Shown here: positions 55,771 to 64,000 of the stretch, in pieces | How the letters are laid out: each line of letters opens with the position of its first letter | Position numbering within the stretch: position 1 is the stretch's first letter | Origin: a virus | Strand: one strand, 5' to 3' | IMG/VR virus record: IMGVR_UViG_3300027797_000013 | Span: 57,643-121,642 of that record | Length of the DNA: 64,000 nt | Position numbers and translations under genes: made by a program | The notes under the pieces: model-generated | The model's input: the letters and a program-made list of their open reading frames with translations, nothing else | Told to the model about the DNA's origin: nothing | Databases searched by the model: none

Positions 55771-57354
55771 ATGGCTGGAACATACTACGCAACTACTGAA
55801 GAAGAAAAAGAGACAACAGTGTTAAACTTTACGGTTCAAAACACTGACCCTCATGTTAAGCTTTCTCCGAAGTCAGAAGGCAAAATCATAGACGTGATAA
55901 ATGATTTCTCTTGGACAGCTTCTCCTAAATTACAATCGTCAACGAAAGTACCTGTAATGTATTTGCAGGAGAGAGAACAAGTTCAGAACTCCTTAATATC
56001 TTCAGCTATTTATTATTTAAATGCCGCGTCACAGTTTGATATAGGTGATAGAGACGGTGACACAGCAGCAGGCTTTAATGAGGGAGTTGTATCTTTTTTA
56101 ACAAAAGCAGACGAGCTAATTAGCACTGGTATTATAGGTAGTTTAGTACCAGATTTCGCTAGTAATTTTTTAAAAAGAGCAAGAGACTACATAGCAACTC
56201 TAAGTGTAGGTAATGATACCGCTCTATTGCAAGATAGACTAAAATCATACATAGGCATATATTTAACAAAACCTACAGGCTTCAATTACGTATTTCCTTT
56301 TTATAATCAGACACCTCTAGGTATTAATAGTAGCTGGAGTTCTGAATCACAATTATTAACCAATCCTATAGGTGGCGCTGTCAATGCTGCACAAGGTGCT
56401 ATGGAACGCACAGCATATATGCTTAATATAATGCAGCCTGGTACGTTCATTGAAAAGCCAAAATTCTATCAATATGAAACTGCAGGAGACACTGTCACTG
56501 TTAGCTTTCCTCTTTTTAATACTATAAAAAGGTCAGATAAGATACCATATCAGCAGAACTATGAACTACTATGGATTCTCGCTTTCCAAAACAAACCATA
56601 TAGAACATCGTTCTCTCGTATATCTCCGCCAAAACTCTATACACTAACAGTACCTGGTCAGAAATACATGCCTTACTGTTATATAAGTGATATGAAAATT
56701 GATTTTGGAGGCACAAGAAGAAATTTACCAGTCTCTATACCAGCGCCAGGTTCTGATGCTAATTTTAATACCGTTCAGATATCTATACCTGATGTATATA
56801 TGGTAAGTATTACCTTTACAAGCTTACTAGCAGATGTTGCAAATAGAATGGTAGATAGTGGATTCAGTAGTAAAAAGATTTCTGTAGGTACTGTATCTAG
56901 ACCGACACCCGCTGCGCCAACTATTCCAGGTGCTCCAGCCGGTCCAGCTTCTACAGCTGCGACTGTCGGAGGCGTCGCTCCAGCTTTCGCTACAGCTACA
57001 CCAACAATAAACGCAGCAACGATACCAGTACCTAACCCAGGTCCAGTTAATACCTCTCAGACACCCGTAATAGATAGATATGCTACAGTACGATCAGTGA
57101 GTAATAAATCTATTGTAAAGGATTATAATGATATAGTAAATGATGTACTGGGTAATGACGCTGTTGCTAAAGCATCTAGTCCTCGATCTGAACTTAACTC
57201 AGCTCTTACTAGGACTGATAGGTTTCAACCTATACCAGCCGACATTCAATCCGTTGCCACGACACCTAAACTACCTCCTCCACCAGCCCCTGCTCAAAGT
57301 GTTGATCTTAATGATCTTTTTAGTAGAGTTAGACCTAACCCCCCTAGTAACTAG
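55771..57354 (+). CDS. baseplate tube-cap-like protein (gp48-like) with Pro/Thr/Ala tail
   Basis: Synteny; PPKLY...PG...PYCYISDM.IDF.G. Confidence 0.5.
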   Translation: MAGTYYATTEEEKETTVLNFTVQNTDPHVKLSPKSEGKIIDVINDFSWTASPKLQSSTKVPVMYLQEREQVQNSLISSAIYYLNAASQFDIGDRDGDTAAGFNEGVVSFLTKADELISTGIIGSLVPDFASNFLKRARDYIATLSVGNDTALLQDRLKSYIGIYLTKPTGFNYVFPFYNQTPLGINSSWSSESQLLTNPIGGAVNAAQGAMERTAYMLNIMQPGTFIEKPKFYQYETAGDTVTVSFPLFNTIKRSDKIPYQQNYELLWILAFQNKPYRTSFSRISPPKLYTLTVPGQKYMPYCYISDMKIDFGGTRRNLPVSIPAPGSDANFNTVQISIPDVYMVSITFTSLLADVANRMVDSGFSSKKISVGTVSRPTPAAPTIPGAPAGPASTAATVGGVAPAFATATPTINAATIPVPNPGPVNTSQTPVIDRYATVRSVSNKSIVKDYNDIVNDVLGNDAVAKASSPRSELNSALTRTDRFQPIPADIQSVATTPKLPPPPAPAQSVDLNDLFSRVRPNPPSN

Positions 57355-57368
57355 TAACTTTTTAAAAA

Positions 57369-57749
57369 ATGAACCCAATAGGACTATCTCAAAATCTTGT
57401 AAATGCTCTACCAAGTTTAGCTAGAACTAGGTATGAAAATATCTTCAAGGTTTTTAAAGTATTAAAGGATAAAGATAATAGTTATTATCTCTATAACATA
57501 AACAATAAAGTCATAATACCAGATAATCTTGATAACAATGTTTACAGTACCATCACAATTTCACGTAACACAGCTTGGACTACACTCTCTTATAAGTTAT
57601 ATGGTACTATAGATCTATGGTGGTTAATATTTCTTATTAACAAGCCTAAGGATATATTTTTAGCGCGAAGCGGTGAATCATATAAGTATATTAAACCAAT
57701 ATTTATAGACAGTGTGTTAACTAACATAGAGCAACAGATAAATGCATGA
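57369..57749 (+). CDS. baseplate wedge protein (gp53-like, LysM-like)
   Basis: LSYKLYGTIDLWWLIFLIN. Confidence 0.75.
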   Translation: MNPIGLSQNLVNALPSLARTRYENIFKVFKVLKDKDNSYYLYNINNKVIIPDNLDNNVYSTITISRNTAWTTLSYKLYGTIDLWWLIFLINKPKDIFLARSGESYKYIKPIFIDSVLTNIEQQINA

Positions 57750-59740
57750 ATGGTAATATATCAAATATTAAGAATAGCATTTATAAGTTTAGCTTCTCCT
57801 TAGCTAAGATTGGAGTTGATACTAAATCACATGTATTTATACCTATTCCGAAAGGTATGATAAGATATCTAGAAATAGAAGATAATTTAGCAAACATAGG
57901 TTATACAGGAACAGTTATCTTTAATAATTTTTACGGCATACTAGATAAGCTTGGACTAGGCTCAGGTATCAGTGATAGCACTACATTATTTGATATTAAC
58001 ATTGAAAATTTAGAATTTAGAGGAACCAACTTACAGGATAACTCTATTCAAACAATCGCTATCCTGCAAAATAATACAGACCCATCTAATAACTCTATAG
58101 ATAAAAGCATTATCTATAACTTCGAAGAATACTCTGTTAATTTATTAAAGCAAAAGAAATCAGAACCTTCAAATGTCAGCGGTAAAATAGTCGGGTCGAT
58201 TTATACTATATTAGAAAATTGCTTTATAGGAGGTAAAGTTATTGACAAAAATAGCTTTGACGAATTAAACAGTAGTAGTAATGAAATGAGTATCGAAAGA
58301 ACAATTTTAAAAACTAGTAGCTACTACGATTACATAAAAATACTCTATAAATATCTTCTGCTTACCGGCAAAAATAATAGTCCAGGCATTCTACAATTAG
58401 AAAACTATGTTGAACCTTATACTAATCAATCTGGTGGATCAAGTGAAAGAGTCATAAGGAAATTTACTATAAGACCTCTTTTTGATAAGATACGTAGTCT
58501 TACAGGAAAGTTAAAATTAAACGAAAAAAAGAAAGATCTTAGAGAAGAAGTTCTAGAGCAATTTACTATAGGTGGTGAATCAGATAAGCCAACATATAGG
58601 GAGAACAGTATTGAATCCGTAACCGTACTAAGACCAGACTTTAAGACATTGTATGAAGATAAGTGGGTTAACTACACTGGAGTTACAACATTACAGAACT
58701 TGACTGATGTTATATCACTTAATTTGACATACGATAATTTAAGAACAACATTTGAGCAAAATGCTCTAGATGGAGATGTAAGTAATTTACCTATTCGGTC
58801 AGATATTAAATCAGATAGCACATTAGAAAAGGTTATAGCTTTTGATTACCCTATTGTAAATGATAATAATCTTCTAGAGCAAGGTATAACCTCGATGATT
58901 TACAAAAGTTTTATATATGATAATACCGCAGTTGTTTTTACAACTCTAGGTAATCCATATCGAAAGCCTGGTAGATTTATCATGTTAAATGGTAGTGTAG
59001 ATAATCAAGAAGATACAACATCCTCAGTAACTGGTTATTGGTTTATAATAGGGGTAAAACATATTTTCGAGAATGACATCTACACTAACGAGATAACAGC
59101 TGTTAAAATTTTCATAGAAGGTGCAAAAAGATCTACTAATACAAGTAGCCCAGCAAATACACCTACCACAAATACAGTTACACCTCCTACAAGAACTAAT
59201 ACATCAGATTTTGGTGAACCTAATGGTAACAATAATACCAGCCCTTCTTCAACTCTAAATGACGCTCAGCTGCCTACACCATCAGCTAGTGGTAATGACG
59301 GTCCAAATCTGTTACCAGAAATTCCTCCTGGTGATCCAGTAGTCGATTCTGCACCTACATCGAGCCCTACAGCGAGAACACCTACATCTAATACATCAGA
59401 TTTTTCTAGCCCAAACAGCACTGGCGTTTCTTCAAATCTGAATGACGGTCAGCTACCTACTCCTTCACCTGAAGGCTACGATGGACCCGAAGACAGTCTC
59501 TTCCTTAACCTTGATCAAAAATTACCTGAAGGAGCACCTTTTGCACCTGACGCTGATCAATCTAGTGGCGGCTCTGCTACAGACCCAACAATACCAGTTA
59601 GTCCAGGAATAGCACGCATAGAGCAAATGCGTAAAGAGTCACTATTTAATATAGTCAAGGTAGGCGGTGTCGATCCAGCTGCGTCAGCTCGAATCGCTGA
59701 GCAGCGCGCGCGCCGCGCTGCAATACTTGGAAGGTCGTAG
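57746..59740 (+). CDS. baseplate hub protein (gp27-like) with P/S/T-rich duplicated tail
   Basis: GN..RKPGRFI...GYWFIIGVKHIF....YTNEI.AVK. Confidence 0.6.
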   Translation: MNGNISNIKNSIYKFSFSLAKIGVDTKSHVFIPIPKGMIRYLEIEDNLANIGYTGTVIFNNFYGILDKLGLGSGISDSTTLFDINIENLEFRGTNLQDNSIQTIAILQNNTDPSNNSIDKSIIYNFEEYSVNLLKQKKSEPSNVSGKIVGSIYTILENCFIGGKVIDKNSFDELNSSSNEMSIERTILKTSSYYDYIKILYKYLLLTGKNNSPGILQLENYVEPYTNQSGGSSERVIRKFTIRPLFDKIRSLTGKLKLNEKKKDLREEVLEQFTIGGESDKPTYRENSIESVTVLRPDFKTLYEDKWVNYTGVTTLQNLTDVISLNLTYDNLRTTFEQNALDGDVSNLPIRSDIKSDSTLEKVIAFDYPIVNDNNLLEQGITSMIYKSFIYDNTAVVFTTLGNPYRKPGRFIMLNGSVDNQEDTTSSVTGYWFIIGVKHIFENDIYTNEITAVKIFIEGAKRSTNTSSPANTPTTNTVTPPTRTNTSDFGEPNGNNNTSPSSTLNDAQLPTPSASGNDGPNLLPEIPPGDPVVDSAPTSSPTARTPTSNTSDFSSPNSTGVSSNLNDGQLPTPSPEGYDGPEDSLFLNLDQKLPEGAPFAPDADQSSGGSATDPTIPVSPGIARIEQMRKESLFNIVKVGGVDPAASARIAEQRARRAAILGRS

Positions 59741-59808
59741 AAAGGCATTTTGATAACTTATATATGCTCTCCTTTATCTCAATTAACTTTGTAGTCTAAA
59801 TAATTAAC

Positions 59809-61986
59809 ATGATAATATATAGAGCTAACTTAGCTGAGAAGCTGTTCGGATACGCTTTAAGTAGAGAGTTTATAAAGTTTGATACAACTCTATGTGATTT
59901 ATTAGATAATCCTGACTTAGAATTAGACTTTGAATTAGCTATAAATTTCAATAAAGCGATAAATGGTAATTTAAAGGCTAGAGAGACCTTTACTAACACC
60001 TTTGTGTTGTGTAGTGGTTACATTGACCCAGCTACTATAAATTTCTATACTCGTAAGATGAATAATTATCCTATTTTCAAGGATGAGATTAAGAGAATAA
60101 ATTATATTTTTGCTAATATAGATAGACTACCAACAGTATCAGAAGGTAACGAGACGGGTGATTTCGATAATTTTTCAGTCAATGAATCATCTCCTAGTAA
60201 TGTAGATTTTTACAAGAAATTAAAAGATGCATTAAAGGATTGTTTGAATGCACCTTGTAATGTTTTTAGTGAAGTATCACCTAGCGTAGGCAAGATAGCT
60301 CAGGTAATTCCATCAGCTAATAGTACCTCTTTACTTTCTATAGGACCTCTCAAAGATTCTATGGTTAGCATTACTAATGGCATGGATATGTTAGTGTTTA
60401 ATAGTATACCTAAGGCTTTCCAAGACGGTATAACTGAAGTATCTAAGGCATGTAGTGATGCTTGGGGGAATATTCAAAGCACTCTAATAGATAAGGCTGA
60501 CTTACCTGATTTTATATCTAAAGCTGCTAGTGGCCAGTCTTTAAGGTCTGAGATTAATAACTATCCATATACACCAGATTTAAAATCTTACTTTGACATT
60601 AGTACTATAGCATCAAATATTTTAGGTGAAATTGCATCTACACTAGGAGGATGCTTTTCAAGGTATGAGCATGCTGTAAGGTACAATGGGTATGATCCAG
60701 AACAAAACTTAAGTCAGGTTAATAAGTCTCCTACAATAGGAAGTGTTAACGGTGTACCAACTGCATTTAACTCAGTTGGTCAGTCTGATAGAGTAGCACC
60801 TCAAACTAATGAGAATCTTAATTTAAACTATGTTACATCAACTCTACCATCACCTACTGGTCAACCTCAAACTATAGGAGTTTCTAATCCAAATGTAATA
60901 ACTCCTAAAGCCGTACCTTATACTGATCAGGTGTTCGTAAGCGAACCTGTAATAGCACGTAGTACATTCAGAGGCAATGATTTTAAATATACTATTTTCG
61001 CTGGCTGGAAAGATGATAATAATAAGACTGTATGGACTGACTCTTATGCTGCAACAGCTGCTGACGTAGATACAAGAAGAGGTATTGCAAATATAGGTAT
61101 GGTTCTAACGCCTAGTATACCTGGATCAAGAGATCAGGTTCTTATTGATCAGTATTTAAATGGTGGTGGAGGTACATCAGGCTACACACGTGCTACTGAA
61201 AACAATTTAAATCTAACACAATTTAAACTTAATGCATTTAATCAAGGCATGGCTATTAGTGAAGCAACACTCACTAATGCTGGTCTTAAGATGACACTAG
61301 CTACTTTTGCTAGATTAGCGCGAAGGAATCAAATATTTGCTGCTGTGTCTCATAATGGTAAGCCATATGAGTTAATACAACTTATTGATCGTAAAGGTAC
61401 TCTAAATGGCGGTACAAAAATTATTGATTTTACACCTTATGCTTTCTACAAGATAACTAATGCTTTACCTATTGGTGGTAAAACGTTAAAGTTTGTACCT
61501 GATGGGTGGAAAGAGGTTACTGTACGAGGAGTACCTGATGTTGGAGAAATGAGAATAAGATTCTGTGTAGGTACTAAAGAGCAGGTTACTGCTGAGTTAG
61601 CTAAAGTAGAGAATGTTACAAATACTCCTGCTACCCCCGCAACCCCTGCTACCCCCGCAACCCCTGCTACACCTGACATTGCTGCAAAGGAGGCGCAGCT
61701 CGCATCTATAAAAGCGGAACTAGATGTAGCAAATGCTAGGAACGAAGCTTGGATTAAAGATAATCTTACTGAGGCTAAGGCCATGTTAGCTGTAGAAACA
61801 GACCCTGCTGTAAGAGCAGGGCTTATATATGGAATTGATAAAATAGAGAAAGTAGAGAGCGGTACAGAAGGTGAAAGCTCATATAAGGGTATAGATGCTG
61901 AATTAAAAATTATACAAGATGGTACTCAACAATTGAAAGAGATAAGAGCTCGTAATGCAGCACGCCGCGCAGCGGAGCGAGCATAG
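59809..61986 (+). CDS. large hypothetical virion protein with (TPA)n linker
   Basis: 725 aa; late promoter; 9-bp repeats at ~61624-61674. Confidence 0.7.
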   Translation: MIIYRANLAEKLFGYALSREFIKFDTTLCDLLDNPDLELDFELAINFNKAINGNLKARETFTNTFVLCSGYIDPATINFYTRKMNNYPIFKDEIKRINYIFANIDRLPTVSEGNETGDFDNFSVNESSPSNVDFYKKLKDALKDCLNAPCNVFSEVSPSVGKIAQVIPSANSTSLLSIGPLKDSMVSITNGMDMLVFNSIPKAFQDGITEVSKACSDAWGNIQSTLIDKADLPDFISKAASGQSLRSEINNYPYTPDLKSYFDISTIASNILGEIASTLGGCFSRYEHAVRYNGYDPEQNLSQVNKSPTIGSVNGVPTAFNSVGQSDRVAPQTNENLNLNYVTSTLPSPTGQPQTIGVSNPNVITPKAVPYTDQVFVSEPVIARSTFRGNDFKYTIFAGWKDDNNKTVWTDSYAATAADVDTRRGIANIGMVLTPSIPGSRDQVLIDQYLNGGGGTSGYTRATENNLNLTQFKLNAFNQGMAISEATLTNAGLKMTLATFARLARRNQIFAAVSHNGKPYELIQLIDRKGTLNGGTKIIDFTPYAFYKITNALPIGGKTLKFVPDGWKEVTVRGVPDVGEMRIRFCVGTKEQVTAELAKVENVTNTPATPATPATPATPATPDIAAKEAQLASIKAELDVANARNEAWIKDNLTEAKAMLAVETDPAVRAGLIYGIDKIEKVESGTEGESSYKGIDAELKIIQDGTQQLKEIRARNAARRAAERA

Positions 61987-62080
61987 AGTTTAATAACTTT
62001 CAACGAGCAGCCGATGACTTAAAAACGTCAACAGCCAATCTCAGATCTCGTTTGTAAAATAATGAAAGCAACTTAAGTTT

Positions 62081-62515
62081 TTAAATATCTATAACCTCTT
62101 TATCTATAATAGCTTTCATTATATCTTCTCTAGAAAGAAGTACTTTGGTTTGATTGTCCATTATACTTAATTTTTCTTTAGATTCTATATCCATAGTTTT
62201 TATCTTGACTTGATTCTTATTTCTCTCGTCAGATATGTAGATCTTATTAAGAGTGTCTACTGCAGAAGAAGCAGCTTTAATTAATTCTGCAAGTGCTGAT
62301 ATAGACTCAGGATCTGCATCTGCAGTTCCTACAAAGTCTCTCATATCATCTATTAAATTAATAGAGTCTGTAACTAACTTACCAGAGTTCTTAATAATAA
62401 ACTCTTCTAACTTCTCCTTAGTTAGAGTATCAGTTACCGGCGTCTGTTTAATTACTTTGGTGTTTTTTAGCTGTGACAAAATATCATTGACAGCTTCATC
62501 TAACTCTTCATTCAT
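62081..62515 (-). CDS. probable terminase small subunit (gp16-like)
   Basis: DPESISALAELIKAA...LNKI helix pattern; late promoter. Confidence 0.55.
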   Translation of the reverse strand: MNEELDEAVNDILSQLKNTKVIKQTPVTDTLTKEKLEEFIIKNSGKLVTDSINLIDDMRDFVGTADADPESISALAELIKAASSAVDTLNKIYISDERNKNQVKIKTMDIESKEKLSIMDNQTKVLLSREDIMKAIIDKEVIDI

Positions 62516-62569
62516 TAAAACTATTTAGGCTTGATTAGTTTGATTCAACTACTATAATGATAGTATAGT

Positions 62570-63025
62570 ATGAATACAGAAACACAACCATTAGTACAGT
62601 TTGTAAAAACCCATGAGAGCGCTCAGTTACCTAAGTTTAATATTAGTGACCCTTTGACCGGAGATATTGGTGCTGATCTTTATAGTGTAGCAGAGCTGGT
62701 TATCCCTGCCAAAGGATCAGCGGTAGTTGCTGTAGGTCTAACTGTAGGTTATATCGAACCAGGATATTATTTTAATATATCACCTAGGTCAGGCTTAGGA
62801 TTTAAACATCAAATTCAACCTCATCTTGGTAGAATTGATAATCAATATCGTGGCGATCTAGGTGTATTACTCTATAATTTTAGTGATAAAGATTACCAAG
62901 TTAGTGTTGGAGATAGGATCGCGCAAATCGAATTTCATAAACTAATACAACCAAAATTTGAATGGACTTTTACTGTAGTTGATAGCGAAAGAGGCGCAAA
63001 CGGTCAAGGTTCATCAGGCAAATAA
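62570..63025 (+). CDS. dut: dUTPase
   Basis: GADLY, PRSGLG, GRIDNQYRG, GDRIAQ, RGANGQGSSG. Confidence 0.93.
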   Translation: MNTETQPLVQFVKTHESAQLPKFNISDPLTGDIGADLYSVAELVIPAKGSAVVAVGLTVGYIEPGYYFNISPRSGLGFKHQIQPHLGRIDNQYRGDLGVLLYNFSDKDYQVSVGDRIAQIEFHKLIQPKFEWTFTVVDSERGANGQGSSGK

Positions 63026-63031
63026 TATATC

Positions 63032-63991
63032 ATGGATAGCAATTCAATAACAGAATCAATCAAGGGATTATGGGTCGAGCGGTATAGGCCGAAGACACTA
63101 GAAGATATTATTCTTCCTGCCAGGACAAGAGAGATTATAGAAGGTTTCAAAGACGAGATACCTAATTTACTCTTCGCTAATACTCCTGGTACTGGTAAGA
63201 GTTCACTAGCTAAGATTATTGTTAATGATATTCTTAAGTGTAGTTATCTTTACATTAACGCTTCAGATGAATCTGGTATTGATACTATCAGACATAAGGT
63301 ATCTACGTTTGCTCAGACGAAGTCATTTGATGGTAAGATTAAAATGGTAGTACTAGATGAGTGTGACTTCCTCTCTATTAGTGCGCAAGCTGCTTTGCGT
63401 AATACAATGGAGTCATACTCTCAGTATACACGATTTATTCTTACAGCTAATTATAAGCATAAGATTATTCCTGCTCTACAGTCTAGATGTCAAGCACTTG
63501 ATATTACTCCTACTATCGAAGAGGCAGTACGTAGGTGCTATAATATTCTTAAGCTAGAAAAAGTTAATGTTAGCGATGAACAGAAGAAGAAATTTGTAGA
63601 TGTAGTTAAGGCTAACTTTCCTGACCTTCGAAAGACTATTAATGAGTTGCAGAAAAACACTATTAACGGTAATCTATCAATCGTTAATACTAAGTTAGAT
63701 AGTGAGTTACTTGAGTCTATCTTTAATCATATTAAGAATAAGAAGACTATTGAGTTACGTAAGTTTCTCATTGAAAATGAGAGTAGATTCAATGGAGATT
63801 ATGATAACTTACTCATTGAATATCTTAACTTTATCTATGATAAAGATATAGGCGTCTGGGATAAAGATCTAGGCGATTTGAGTAAGAAGAGTATGATTGC
63901 CACTATTGCAAAGCATTTATACGAGAGTAGCTTTGTAATTGATAAAGAGATTAACTTCTTCGCTTGTACAATTCATCTAGAGCATTGCTAA
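63032..63991 (+). CDS. clamp loader subunit (T4 gp44/RFC-like)
   Basis: WVERYRP, PGTGKS, INASDE, LDECD, LQSRC, PDLR. Confidence 0.93.
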   Translation: MDSNSITESIKGLWVERYRPKTLEDIILPARTREIIEGFKDEIPNLLFANTPGTGKSSLAKIIVNDILKCSYLYINASDESGIDTIRHKVSTFAQTKSFDGKIKMVVLDECDFLSISAQAALRNTMESYSQYTRFILTANYKHKIIPALQSRCQALDITPTIEEAVRRCYNILKLEKVNVSDEQKKKFVDVVKANFPDLRKTINELQKNTINGNLSIVNTKLDSELLESIFNHIKNKKTIELRKFLIENESRFNGDYDNLLIEYLNFIYDKDIGVWDKDLGDLSKKSMIATIAKHLYESSFVIDKEINFFACTIHLEHC

Positions 63992-64000
63992 GATGTTAAC

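Noticed and set aside
1-64000. Stop-codon reassignment
   Set aside because: Core genes are full length in code 11, TAA/TAG/TGA all terminate genes, and there is no suppressor-anticodon tRNA.

Overview
64 kb of a large AT-rich T4-like myophage genome using the standard genetic code. The host is Gram-negative; a PVC/Verrucomicrobia-like host is an inference from the encoded beta-barrel porin. Layout: (i) 0.7-9.3 kb, minus strand: thyX, GDP-fucose synthase and a tandem array of 8 paralogous 22-aa leucine-rich-repeat genes. (ii) 9.7-15.7 kb, plus strand: an array of small-gene cassettes, each starting at a conserved promoter motif AA(C/G)GAACTNCNRTATAAT, flanked by unusual non-coding DNA. (iii) 16-44 kb, mostly minus strand: accessory genes (lysozyme, RadA-like, gmd, RNA ligase, tilS, porin, deaminases, RmlD-like, exonuclease), tRNAs and an array of 8 Gly-rich mini-proteins. 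(iv) 44-64 kb: T4-like neck, terminase, sheath, tube and baseplate genes, dUTPase and clamp loader. Most notable: several non-canonical tRNA-like RNAs (a 'double-elbow' RNA between a putative Sm-like gene and the Gly-rich array, an anticodon-less tRNA mimic, and a tRNA with an 8-nt anticodon loop); about 40 copies of the promoter motif with signs of cassette shuffling; and a largely leaderless gene architecture. All family assignments come from motif recognition by eye, not database searches.
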